Below are positions 26,248 to 38,988 of a stretch of DNA of 64,000 bases, piece after piece. How positions within the stretch are numbered: position 1 is the stretch's first letter; every line of letters begins with the position of its first letter. This DNA comes from Octopus vulgaris. Taxonomy: Eukaryota. The translations under genes and the position numbers were made by a program. Where the stretch lies: positions 125,116,001 to 125,180,000 of the forward strand of contig OX597815.1 in assembly GCA_951406725.2 (NCBI GenBank). The letters are read 5' to 3'. The notes beneath the pieces are model-generated. The model saw only the letters and a program-made list of their open reading frames with translations. It ran no database searches and was not told the DNA's origin.

Positions 26248-28975
26248 TTAACTCTTTAGTGTTCAAACTGGCCAAAACTGGTCGAAAATAATTCCCCTTT
26301 ATTTGTCTGAACTGGCCAAATCCAGCTGTATCTAATTCCTCTACAAAACCGCTAAAAAAAAAAATAAACAAGTCATGTTATTGAATTCTTGTAGCTTTGA
26401 AATAATGTGAGATAAAGCCATTTCCTGCCTTTATTCAAATAAAAATACTGTGAAAATTTTGAGACTTCTTGGCTTTTTCAACATTTGAAGATAAAGTGTA
26501 TATCTTAGTTTTTAACGATAGGGTGTCAGCAAGTAGCGATTCCGACTTTGAAGGTTTTACTCTTGAGGATGTACCAAATATAAATGAAAACAGCAGTGAT
26601 TTGTCTTTGGACAAATCTGATATTGATATTTATGAATCTTCATTGGACGAAGATTTTGATAATGAAAGTGATGAAAACAATATTGAAAACATTTTAGCAA
26701 CATGGTTGAAGATTACTACATCAACTACAATTACTGATTTCACAGAAAAGACTGGTCCGCAATACTAACTACCTCCCAATGCTCAACCATTGGACTATTC
26801 TTATTTTTACCAAAAAGTTTTTTAGAAATTGTCACAGAGGAAAAAAATAAATATGCTCAACAAATAATTTCTATTTGTGGAAGTCAACTGATACTGCAGA
26901 AATGTGAGCTTTTTTTTACTATAAACATTATGTTTGGTATCAAGCAGCTTCCTCGACTGTGGAACTACTGGAGTCCTGATATAAGGTATGGTGATCCATA
27001 TATCTCCAGCATTATATCTAAGACAAGGTATTCAAAAATATCTCAATATTTCCATTTAGTCGATTCCACTAAAAACCCCAGCAAAATCAACTCAAACTAT
27101 AATCCCCTGTATAAAGTACACTCTGTAATTGATTTACTTTGTGATAGGTATAAAACAGTGTATCTCCCTGGGAAAACTCTTAGTACAGATGAAGTCATGA
27201 TAGACTATAAGGACAGAATACATTCCCGACAAATCCATTAAATGGGGCATCAAGGTATGGGAAGTCTGTGAATCAAGACACAGGATATTGTGTGCACTTT
27301 AATGTCTAAACAGGTAAAAAGTATAGTGGAAACAGACCATATGGATTGGGATATGATGTAGTATGATATCTAACTAAACCATTTCACTATCAACACCAAC
27401 ACTTCTGTTTTGACCACTTTTTTTCTTCAGTGGCTTTGGCAGAACATCTTGCCTGTGTAAATAGTTACATGTGAAGTACTACTATGGGCAACTGCAAAGG
27501 TTTAACCCATGAAATGAAAACAAAATTTAAAAAAAGAGGGGATATTCTACAAATGCAAAAACAAAATTTGTAAGCAACTTTATACAAAGACAAAAAACAG
27601 ATTTTATTTCTGTCTAGTAATGAACAACCTGGTGTTGGTGCTGAGGGAAAACCCTCTCTCTCTCTCTTTTGGAGAGGCACTGAGCACCTACATGCACATA
27701 TACACACATGGCAGTAACTTCCGCCTACCGAATTCAATCACAAAGCTTCGGTTGGCTCGGGGCTATAGTAGAAGACACCTGCCCAAAGTGCCACGCAGTG
27801 GGACTGAACCCTAAACCATGTAGCTAGGAAGCAAGCTCCCTAACCACACAGCCATGAATATTTGCTATAATAAATATATGGGTGGGGTTGACCAGTATCA
27901 AGCATACTACCCAGTTGGATGACATAGGAGAAATGGTGGAGGTACATTTTGTGGTTTTTAGTGAATTTAACTATAGTTAATTCATATATTGTTTATGTAA
28001 AAAGCCACAAGGTACTTTGTCACCAGAGGACTACGACCATTTGAAATTTTGGGTTGACATCGCATCTCAGTTACATAACAGTTTTTCTTCCAGGAAGCAC
28101 AGAACTGGGAGAAAAGTAAAATTAACTGAGGTAGATGTCAACAGAGAAAATATTGACTTCCATAAAGTAGAAAAGATAAATGGAAGGAAATAAGTTTGCA
28201 GACTACATTCGCTGTAAAAAAGAAAAACTCTGAAAGGATATCAGGTCGAGACCTCATATATATGTTTCTTTTGCAAAGTGTCCTTGTGTAAAGTTTGCTA
28301 GGGACAGTTTCACAAAACAAAAATAGCATAACTATATTTTGTTGTTTGATAGTAATACTATCATATATTCCTTTCATTTTATTACAAATAATACATGAAA
28401 GTGAGAAATCATCATTATCATATTAATTTTCAGTATGTTACACACCTGTATTCACCTTTGTCTCACCTGTTAATGAGCTTGTTTTTATTAAATGTATTCA
28501 TTAAATTGTATAAGAGTACATAGCCAATGAAAATGTTTGAATGAAATATAAGGAAAAAATTTTGTACCGATTATACCTGTATATTAATTAATTCAAATTA
28601 ATGTACCTCATCTTGAAAAGTGGCAAAATTGTTGACGGTTGACATCTGGGATAATTTCAGTAATAAATCAAACAGGCAAAATGCATTAAGAACTTCAATT
28701 TTAGTGTTTATCCATGATGTTATTGCTTTTACACCTGTTAATTAAATTTACCTGCCCGTAAAAGTCAAATTTAATCAGGAAGATCAGCTAAAATTACATA
28801 AATATAAACCACTGTTATATAAACACCCACTGACAAAATTTCAAATCTGTTTGCAAAAATTTAACAAAGTTACAAGCAAATATTGTGGGCACCCCTCTTG
28901 AACCTGAATAATTCAAAATAATGTGAACAAATAAGCATTACATTTTACAGATTAATCTGAGCATTAAAAGGTTAA
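26248..28975 (+). mobile_element. piggyBac DNA transposon fossil (PGBD4-like transposase pseudogene ~26500-28300), with a SINE inserted
   Basis: TTAA-CTCTTTAG...TTAAAAGG-TTAA ends; acidic N-terminus; YWS, PLYKV, STDEVM, WGIKVW, FDHFFSS, YNKYMGGVD, WWR motifs; many stops. Confidence 0.92.
27655..27857 (-). mobile_element. SINE family A head inserted in the piggyBac transposase
   Basis: gtagaagacacctgcccaaagtgccacgcagtgggactgaacc...accacacagccatg; interrupts between GKP and YNKYMGGVD. Confidence 0.88.
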
Positions 28976-29244
28976 TGTATGTTTTACTGTGTTAGCATTA
29001 CTTGGAGGGGATTTGATTTCGAAGCAGAATTTTATGGCCAGATGTTCTTCCTGTAGTCAACATTTGTTTTAAAGTAAAAGAATTTTATATTCCACAAGTG
29101 TTCAAAAACATACAGCAATTGGTCATAATGTCAACATGAAATGTAAACTTCATCAGCATTTTACTTAAATGGTGACAAGCAGAATATTAATATTCACACA
29201 TTTATATTTGCATGCATGCACATGCAAACATACACACACACACA

Positions 29245-29345
29245 ACAGGTTTACTGCAGTTTAGCTGACACAGAATAACGGTAGAAGACACTTGCCCATG
29301 CTGTTATGCAGTAGGACTAACTCCAGATCACTTAGTTGCAAAATA
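29245..29345 (-). mobile_element. SINE family A fragment
   Basis: gtagaagacacttgcccatg...gcagtaggactaac. Confidence 0.65.
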
Positions 29346-30179
29346 CACAAACACAAACTTAAGTATATTTATCTGGAACTTCAATGATGATAGAGAAGTT
29401 AGTATTTAGCAATTATATATAGTGAAAGCTTATAGTTGGAACCAGACATAATCTAAAAATACACAGGATGCTTGTATTATGGTAACTTGAAATTACAATT
29501 TTATAATTACAAAGGTAAATGCTAATGAAAAAACAAATGAACAGATCATTCATTATGTACAAAACAAAAATGTTTTGTATCTTTTTTCTCTACAGAATGA
29601 AATTATCTTAACACAGTAAAATACTACAAAAGACTCAGAAAATTCAACCTTAAGCTTCTAATTGGTGAAAATAAAGCCTAAATAATTATAGCATTTCATT
29701 TGGGTTAGCCAGAGAGCTATGAGTAAAAGCCTTCAAACTAATATAGGTCAACATAAAATTGCTTGACTACAAGATTTGACAAAAATAAGCTGGAGGATTT
29801 CTCAAAATAGTTATGTAGGAAATTGAAGTATACTTCAATTTTCTAAGACTGACACTAGTAAAATGGCAATGAGTTGGGAGAGATAGAAGTAGCTAAACAG
29901 TAATTCATATTAAGTTTAGCAAATTAATTACTTTAAAAATTTTTTAAATGTTTTGTTTTACTTTAAATCAAATTTTTAGAATACTTCTAGCTCTGAAAAT
30001 TATGTTAGTTTAGAGAGAAATCTACCAAACAAATACAAACAGAAAGGAAAGCTGTTGAATGAACAACAACTGGAATTTTGAAACCCAATCAAATAATAAA
30101 CTCATACATGTCATATTTATATATATGTGTACATTGTTACATTTACATGTGTGTGTGTGTGTGTGTGCTTTCTGTCTCT

Positions 30180-30428
30180 CCCCTTATCGTGACACTGCAT
30201 GGTAGCTATCAATGAGCATTATCATCATACAAGCCATGTAGTACTGGTCCAGTGATGTAATCCATTCTTCCATGAAAGACATGTCTGACCATGCAGAAAT
30301 ATTATTTTGCTTGAAAATAGGCGAGGGTTGGTGACAGGATGGGCATCCAGCTGTAGAAAATCTGCTTGAATAAACTCCGTCTCTGACCCATGCAAGTAGA
30401 CTTTAAATAAATGATGATGATGATGATC
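30180..30428 (+). mobile_element. SINE family B2 (B-type core and tail, different 5' body)
   Basis: gagggttggtgacaggatgggcatccagctgtagaaaa...cccatgc...(GAT)n; related to 47040-47270, 48330-48555 and 33550-33800. Confidence 0.75.
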
Positions 30429-30499
30429 ACTACTCCAATGAAATATCCCAATGAAAAAGGATATATTAACTTGTTCTCTAAATACAATGGTAGATATAA

Positions 30500-30705
30500 T
30501 CTCTAATTTAGGTTCAAAGCGAGCAATTTTGAGGGGAAGGGTTAGCCAATTAGATTAACCCTAGTACTTGATTGGCATTTTATTTTATCTACTTTGAAAA
30601 AGTGAAATGCAAAGTTGTACTTGACAGAATTTAAACTCAGAATAGAAAAACATGGAACAACTGGCACATAGTATTTCCTGGTGCTCTACCAATTCCACCA
30701 ACTTA
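30500..30705 (-). mobile_element. SINE family C, old copy
   Basis: gaaatgcaaagttgtac...gaatttaaactcagaa. Confidence 0.7.
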
Positions 30706-30755
30706 CTGCACTTTCCAATGATAAAAGTTAATAAGAGCAAAAAGTGTCAACTAAC

Positions 30756-30877
30756 CTGTTCTGACCATGGATCATCTCATACTGTGGATGACGATTACCA
30801 GTCCAAGTTTCAGCTTCCGTTTTTTCATACCTGGCTAATGCACTTTCAGTAAGCGCAAGTGTACTCAAGTTTACTGG
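30756..30877 (-). CDS. Internal coding exon (122 nt, phase 0 to 2) of an unidentified gene: PVNLSTLALTESALARYEKTEAETWTGNRHPQYEMIHGQN(R)
   Basis: Acceptor ttatttcttaattttttgcAG|, donor CAG|GTTAGT; only one frame open; higher GC with retained CpGs. Confidence 0.78.
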
Positions 30878-31519
30878 CTGCAAAAAATTAAGAAATAAAT
30901 AAAATGACAATGAGAATCAGTTAAGTAATAAAAAAACTGAAGCATCATTTCAAAATTAATTTAGTCAATACAACTTTATTTGCAGATTACACCACTGGAC
31001 CAGTGCTACAACGGTTTCTTGCTTTGCTGTTTCTGTTGTTTATTGAAATATATATTTTCAAACCATTGCCTCGTCATGTCTTCTTTTTTGTCAAAGGCAT
31101 ACAGAGTGTATGGGTCACTTATGTAGTATATTCTCATGATTTATCTCACCTCATTTTTAATGTAGAGTGCCTACTATTAATAACACCTGATCCTACAGGT
31201 ACAACCTTGCTCATAATAACCTCAATATTCAAGAAAATAAAGTATAAGAAATTCAAAAGCAGAAACTCACAATAACTTTGGTTATGTGTAAAACATAGCT
31301 TATAAAGACCCATCACATTAACTATTAAAAGAGTATCTTATTTCAACAGAGCCATACCCATGTAATATTAATCATTACTTACACTGGCTGAGTTTTAGTC
31401 TTAAAATACTAATGAACAATATGGCAATGGAGAATCTTAATGTGCACTTCAGTAACCCTACATCTTAACAGCCAGCTATATAATAGCAAGATGCTTTAAG
31501 TTTAAGTATCTTGACATTA

Positions 31520-32140
31520 TCATTAAACTTGGCAATAGATTGTGTTTCCTGTTGTCTATCATTGTCCCTCCTTGAATTTTTCATCAACCTTGTTCCTCAC
31601 TATATTTGTCCCTTCACCAACTCTATATCTCCAATCATCCATCACTCTCTTCATATATACTTGCAACATCAATCCACTCTCACTCCCTGTTCTTCTGTCT
31701 GCACTCACCTCTATTCGCCTTCTTATACATTCAGGGTTCACCCTGACATCCCAGTACCACTATTTCATCTCTCTTTCTAGTTCCATCCCAATTACCCCCA
31801 CCCACTCTTCTACAATGTGAGGAGTTATGTAACTTCTCAACAACAAGAAACCTGTTCTGTTCTGGCCCCTTCTTTCATACTTTAACCTCTGGTCTTCTAG
31901 CATAAATCTACATCCATCTTTACTCTAGTATAACCAAGATGAATGAGTTCTTTGTTTTAAAAGTTGCATAGTGACTTCACTAGTGCTGGTGCCATGAAAA
32001 AGTACTCTGTTTACAAGGTACTTAAATGGCTGGCATTTGGAAAGAGCATCCAACCATAGAAACATAGACGAAACAGACATTGGAGTACAATGCAGTTCTT
32101 AGAACCAATATAGATGGACATTAAAAGGTGATGATGAATA
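31520..32140 (+). mobile_element. Old family B element with pyrimidine-rich 5' extension
   Basis: gtgctggtgccatgaaaaag...gagcatccaaccatagaaac...ggacattaaaaggtgatgatg. Confidence 0.55.
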
Positions 32141-32548
32141 TTTTTTTCTTACTAAACTAGCATAGATAGGGCAGATCTGCAGTAAGGTGAATCCCTGTTC
32201 ACTTTAGTTTCATGTGACTGCATCTTTGAGATATGTTATCCTAAGATCTACTTTATTTCCTTCCAAAAGGCACTTTACCAACAAACACACATAATCCAGA
32301 TACATCAACTATCCCAACCTGCATGATTGTTTCACTTGCATACATTAGATGCTTTTTTCAGTTCATCTGTGCTCCAAATTTCATACAAAATTGCCACAGG
32401 TCACACTTAACTATGCTTGCAGGTCCCTACAGCCAGTTGCGATGTTTTACTATCAAGGAGCCTTATAAATTTTGCATATCTCTCTCTCTCTCTCTCTCTC
32501 ACACACTCCTCCTCTCTCACACATACACATGCACACACACTCTCTCTA

Positions 32549-32582
<34 letters not shown>

Positions 32583-33864
32583 TCTCTCTCTCTCTCTCTC
32601 TCTCACATACACACACACACACACACACTCTCTCTCTCTCAGTATGTGTGTGTGTATTTATATATTTATTTATGTGTGTGTATTTATATATATATATATA
32701 TGTGTGTGTGTGCATGTGTATAGGTGTGTATAGGTATATAAACATACACATACATATAGGACTTATGTCCCTTTTTCTACACTTGTATAGGTGGGATAAT
32801 TTTTAGCTGTTGTTAAATGTAAGGCTGTCCATCACTATAAAGTGTGAGATAGAAAACACTTTTATTTGTCAGGAAAATTAAAGTGATCAGAGTTCTGCTG
32901 TAAGTTTCAATTTACACAAAGGTTGAGGTAAGAACATTTGAACATATGACAGGACTTTTGCTTGTCTAATAGATACTATATGATAAATGCCTCACAAACC
33001 CTAGTTCTTATACTGGCTCTTAGTAGATGCTGTGTATATATGTAAATGCCTCTTAAATCCCAGTAAGCTTTTAAAAGGTCAATGGTTAGTTCCAGTTCCA
33101 TGGCATTAAAGGAATGAAATATTAACTTCCTGAATAGAAGTTAACTATCCAGAATGGATAGGATGTTGGCTTAAAACAGATAATACTTCTGGATTATCTG
33201 GTAGGTCAGCTGTTAGGGCATGATACTATTGTGATTGGGTGATTATCCATGAGCACTGGCACTTAGGTGGAATCTGAACTCTGGATGTAAGAAACCAAAA
33301 GTGACACCGTGTTTTATACTCTAATTCACTTCCATGCAATGCTCCTAGTTTTATTAACCCCAAAAGGATAAAGAACAAAATTGATTTCAGTGGGATATGA
33401 ACTTATGAACTTGGAGTGAAGATAGCTGGAACAAATACCACAAGTCATTGCACCTATCACCTTAGCAACTCTACCAAATCCCATACACATATACAAAGAC
33501 AGGCAGACAGATATAAGTTTGCATATCTACCTTTTCCTGATTGCATAGGCAGAATTTTCTAGTTTGATGCCCTTCATGGCTTATTTCCAAAGAAGGTAAT
33601 ATTCCCCAATGAATGGCCTAGATATGCTTTTGTGGTGGACAGTAAACAAATGACACTGTTTGCATGAATGATGAGGCTTTGGTTTATATTTAACTTGCAA
33701 CATGTCAAGACATGCCAAGAAACCTGGATATATTCTCATGGTGGGTTGCAAACAAACTGTCTGCATGAATGGTGAAGCTTTTGTTTAAATTCAAGAAATA
33801 CACATGTGGAAACAAAGGGAAATTTGAACTCACTTGCACATACATATATACATCATTTTATATG

Positions 33865-34025
33865 TAATAGACTTCTTTCAGATTTTGTCTAATAATTTCA
33901 CTCACGAGGTATTGTTCAAACAACAGATGTAATAGAAGACTCTAGCTGACAGCATCTATGCAGTGAGACTGAACTCATAACCATGTGGTTCTGAAACAAA
34001 TTTCTTAACCACACAGCCATGCCTG
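33865..34025 (-). mobile_element. SINE family A head
   Basis: cttctttcag...gactgaactcataaccatgtgg...ttaaccacacagccatgcc. Confidence 0.8.
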
Positions 34026-34689
34026 GGCATCATCATCATCATTGTTTTAACACCCACTTTACTATGCTTGCAGAGATGAGACAAAAATTGTTGAGGTACA
34101 TATTTTTTAATAATTGAATGCTCTTCGTATTGTCAACCTTCAACTGTTTCCAAGTAAACTAGTATTCCCCTTGTTACATGGGTGTAAGAGAGAGTGTGTC
34201 TCATAATAAGTAACAAATGGAACTGATATGGGTTTCAGTTAATGTAATATGCTTAACACAGAATATAATGTATAATAACAACAGATAAAGAACTCTCTGA
34301 AAGATATCAGCCCAAGACTATAAACATATAATTCTGTATAGCTACCTTAACTAACTGAAAACTAAGAATCAAACATTTTAGGAAATAACTGAAGCAAGAA
34401 GTTAATATTATGTCCAAGGAATGAAGATTAACACAATCTGCTTAAATAACAAAAGCTGGAATTTAACAGTAGCTCTCATGATTCTTGAAAGGGTCAAATT
34501 AATTTATGTTTACAATTCAAAGACATCGGAAATCTTTCTACTTAAAATGTTTAGTTGCCTAGTTCATTGAATTTGTGTTAAAAGAAAAGCTAGAATGTCA
34601 GAAATGCAACAAAATCCAGCAACATCTTAGGTTAATGCTTGATAAGACATATGAGAAAGAAATATACAAGAAACCATCAAACAAACTGA

Positions 34690-34945
34690 AATTTATATGC
34701 AGTCTCTATAACATAATGAGATAATTTGAGAATGGAGCGGAGTGAACAATGTGATTGCAGAGTACCCACTGAACATGTCAGAAGGTTCACAAACAGGTGG
34801 ACCCATGAAGTTGCTGAGTGGTATCTAAAAGATTGGAAAAGACCACCTGACAGGCCTCCATGATGATGGAAAGACAAGTTAGTCAAGCAATATAGGTTGA
34901 AATAGAAAAGAATTGCACAAGCAAGACAGAATTGGAAAGGCATTA
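34690..34945 (+). mobile_element. RTE LINE 3' fragment
   Basis: HVRRFTNRWTHEVAEWYLKDWKRPPDRPP**WKD...RIAQARQNW. Confidence 0.8.
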
Positions 34946-34947
34946 AT

Positions 34948-35215
34948 TCTCCGCCCCTTTAATTCACTCAATTTTCACAGAGTACAAATGAGAGAGAGAA
35001 TTAAAGGGGTGGAAGAAAGGTATTATAAGTCCAACAGTTGTTTCTGGGGGCTCAGAGATCCATGATAATGTTGGTAGATGTAGTTCATCACAATATGCAG
35101 CCATAATGGATGCAGTTAACATTGGATAAGATGAGCCTCCATCACCAGGGTAGAGAAGACCTTACATTTCAGATCTTAATGCAGAGAAGTTCAAAGCTGT
35201 CATTTGTACTCTATG
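34948..35215 (-). mobile_element. Fold-back repeat family P copy
   Basis: Minus gcccccagaaacaactgttggac matches 15461 gccccaagaaacagctgtcagac; IRs cccctttaattc/gaattaaagggg and agagtacaaatga/tcatttgtactct. Confidence 0.5.
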
Positions 35216-35549
35216 TAAGTTGGATCTATTAATATAAATATCTATATATTTGCACTTAAATATTCACTTGCAAATCTCCATCTTTTGCTTTTTCTCATTT
35301 TGCATGTATACATATATACATGTTTTGTGCTTCATACCCAAATTATCATATTATATTTAATATATCTAATTTGTTTATCCACATAATTGCCTCTATATCC
35401 ACTCAACTTGATCCCTCTTATAGCGATGCTTTTACCCTGTGGAATTGATCCCTTGTAAAGACATTGAAGTCTAAGTTTAAATCTTTTGAGTACTACTAAG
35501 TGTCTTCCATACAGAGAATCTTTGCATATTTGTGAGTGTAGATATATTT

Positions 35550-35705
35550 CATCATTTAACATTTGCTTTCTATGCTAGAATGGGTTGGACAGTTCAGCAG
35601 GAACTAGTGAGCCAGTGGGCTGCACCAAGCTCCAATGTCTGCTTTAGCATTGTTTGTACAGCTGAATACCCTTCCTAATGTCAACCACTTTACAGAATGT
35701 ACTGA
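35550..35705 (-). mobile_element. SINE family B
   Basis: catttaac...atgggttggacag...cccttcctaatgtcaaccactttacag. Confidence 0.8.
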
Positions 35706-36014
35706 GTAAAGTTTAAATAGAATATATCTTTCCATAATAAAAGGTTGGATGTGCACAACAACTACCTTTCTGACAGCCTAATCAGAGTAAAATGAAAATC
35801 TTTTCAAGATTATTTACGTGCAGTTGTTTATAACTGCATATTCAGAAACATCTGAGAGTTAATCCAAGTGAATTCAGTTGCAATTTTCAGAACTGCAGCT
35901 CCTCTTGTGCTACCTAGGTAATTAGTTTCAACATTTTGCAGGTTCTCTTTAATGAATTTCTCTTTTATCTAGTGAGGTTTATGAATTTATTGAGAAGCAA
36001 ATCCCTCGAATATT

Positions 36015-36960
36015 TCAATCGTCATTTGATGTCCGTTCCTCCATACAGGCATGGGCAGAATGGTTTGACAGAAGCTGACGAGCCAAAGCAAAAGGCTGCA
36101 CCAGGCTCCAGTCATCTGTTTTGGCATAGTTTCTATGGCTGGATGTGCTTCCTAACACCAACAACCTTACAGAGTATAGTGGGTACCTTTCATGTGCTGT
36201 CACCGCAGGTGCTTTTTACATGGCACCAGTATGGGTGATTTTTACATGGTGCCCAGCATGGGTGCTTCTCAGGTGGTGCCAGCATGGGTGCTTTTCAGGT
36301 GGTGCCAGCATGGGTGCTTTTCAGGTGGTGCCAGCATGGGTGCTTTTTACATAGCACCATCACACGTGCTTTTTACATGGTGTCAGCATAGATGCATTTT
36401 AGATGGTATCAGCACAGGTGCTTTTTATGTGGCACCAGCACCCATGGGGTCACCAAACAGCTCGCAACACAAGGCCTCTCAGCTGAGATGGAGAGGAACC
36501 AAGAGAAATGGCCATGTGCTAGGCAAGATGTTGGAGTATGATAGAGGGACAGGGATAGCTGTCTTACAACAGGAGAGATACTTGGCAACCCCAATAGGAC
36601 AAGGGAGGAAAGGGAAGTGAGAGAACGTTTGAGAGAAAAATAGAGAGAAGTCAGAGTGACAGAGAGGGCCAACCCATGGGGAGTATAAGTAGTGCAGAGG
36701 GAATAAAGGAGATGTTCCATAAGAGCATGAGATGAGAAATAATTAGAAATAGCAAGTGATGGTAAGAGGAATTGGAGTGGCTGGTGGGGTATGGTGGACA
36801 TGTAGAAGCATGGAGAGGGTGTGGATAGGCATGTGAGAGAGAGTGAAAGGACCTGCAGTGGGTGGTGGCAATGTTGGGAAGATGGGCAGTGGAGAAGTTT
36901 TGCCAGAAGACAGACTTATGTGTGTGAAGGAAAGCATGCATGGTCACAAAGGGCATGTTT
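36015..36960 (-). mobile_element. Family B element with internal 26-bp minisatellite (36180-36442) and long extension
   Basis: Unit cagcatgggtgcttttcaggtggtgc at 36254, 36280, 36306, 36332 plus degenerate copies. Confidence 0.8.
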
Positions 36961-38331
36961 GTATGTTACTCTTTATGGAAATGCTTATTTTAAATAGCAG
37001 TAAAGGTTGTGTGTAATTTTGAAGTTCTTTTTTTTTTTTAAATCAACATGCAAAATCGATATATTATTTTTTTTTAAATTACATGGTCAGCAAAGCTGGA
37101 TTGAGCAATAAAACATTTTATTGTCTAAGTAACCTGGTATTTAATAATAAAATCAACATGTATAGTTTACAGTGAATTCCAGAAAATATAAATAACTTAT
37201 TTTTTATTCAAATGTATTGATATATATTTGCAAATCCTTTAATATTTTCATCCAAGTTATGTATTTATTCTTTCCATTCTTGCATCTTATAAAAGCACAT
37301 AAATTTCTGTTATTATTCTCAAATGTCAAATAAATAAATAAATAAATAAATAAATAAACTAAAATCCAATGCTGTGCCAAGATTTCTCTATATCTAGTTA
37401 TTTCAAGAAATTAGGTCTTTGTCTTTCGTTTATAAAAAAAGTTATCTTTTGGTATAAAATATTATTATTAAATTTGAAATTTAATATATTTTAGTTAAGT
37501 TTATATTTTTGGAGTTTTAGTTTATAATTGTGATAACATGTAGGTGTACTGTAAGGATGTGACTGGCAAATTTTCATTTGTATAGAAATAACTGGTAGCA
37601 ATCCAAAAATAACTAAAAAGAGACTGCACAATATTAAAGCCTATTATTTCCTTAAAACTAAAAATTCAGCTTTGAAAACATCCAGATTTCTTTTCTTTTC
37701 CTTTTTAATTTTTTTATGATTAATTTTATCAAATTCTGAGAATATCTGAAATATTTTCATCCTTGAAAAATGTAAGTCTGTTCTCTCTTTTACAGCTGAG
37801 TCTGCATAGTACTTTAATTAATCATACCCACAAGTATGTCAACATACACTGGAATGGAACTTGAATTCATGTTATAATATGTTTGGTCCTTTTAGTATGT
37901 TTTCTTTCTTTCTTTACCTATACTTCATCCCGAGAATGGACAAGGTCATGCCTTAGCTTTTTTCCTTGGAGCACAAAATTAATGACACAAAACTACTCTT
38001 TGTCATTGCTGATCATTAAAACAAAGTTCTTGCATTCTTTATAAATTCTTTTACAAGAAATTATAGAACATTTGCACGGTGATATTAATATTACATCATA
38101 AACTATCAGTCAGTTCTTGAGACTGCTTTTGATTTCATTGCTATTAAGTAACATTGTTAATTAGGGCAAACCAATTAGTGTGCAGCCTATTTTTAACTTA
38201 TGAGGGAATTAACTTGTAAGATTGTGAATGTAAAATGAAATTAGACATTATAAGCATCAATTTGCAACTGAAAAGAGCAACAGGCCCACTACCACTAGCA
38301 ATACTTGGTCACCTGACAAATAGTTAATTGT

Positions 38332-38560
38332 TTAAATCCTTTAGTATTCAAATTATTCTGTCAAATGTAATCCTTATTTATTCACATTGTTTTGAATTAA
38401 TTATGCATTATCTCAAAGCTTTAAGAATTCAATGATATGACTGTATATTTCTAGAATCCTATTGTAGGGTAGGTGCAAGAGGCCAGATCTAGCTGGTTTG
38501 AACATAAAACAGGTAGAACATGTGGGCCAAATGTAGTGGGTTTAAATGCTAAAGTGTTAA
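38332..38560 (-). mobile_element. piggyBac-derived MITE family H (229 bp)
   Basis: TTAA at both ends; reverse complement matches both termini of 26248-28975. Confidence 0.85.
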
Positions 38561-38769
38561 GTCTTATGTCAGTGTTCTTCCTGTATTTATTATCTTAGAT
38601 TGGAGTTTATAATTGTTTAACATGCATTTAAAAATTAGACTACAATTAATTAAATCATTCACATAACTGGAAACTTCTTTTTACAAAACAACCTCAGCTG
38701 TCATAAAGATATAACAAGTAGATTTTGCAGTAAATATTGAGAACCAGATGTTTAATCAATCTGTCCAGC

Positions 38770-38988
38770 CTAAACAAGTGAATGAGCCTCTATAGAGTGA
38801 CTCAACTGGCTAAAACAACAGCAAAATTTTCCTTACATCATGCCCTGCATATTTTAGATAAAGGAGGATAGATTTGGCACTATAATCACAAATATAAAAA
38901 AGATTGAAGAGATAGCTACGACTGAAGTATCTTTAATCAACAGTCAGCATGATCAGGGTTGACTTAGAGCTAAACAACAGCAACAACT
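38770..38988 (+). repeat. Interspersed repeat family F
   Basis: gcatgatcagggttgacttagagctaaacaacagcaacaa, as at 4320-4355. Confidence 0.6.

Noticed and set aside
26469-27241. Domesticated PGBD gene
   Set aside because: Multiple stops, frameshifts and a SINE insertion, with termini still present: a dead transposon.
36180-36442. CRISPR-like regular repeats
   Set aside because: Contiguous 26-bp units without unique spacers, inside a SINE in eukaryotic DNA.
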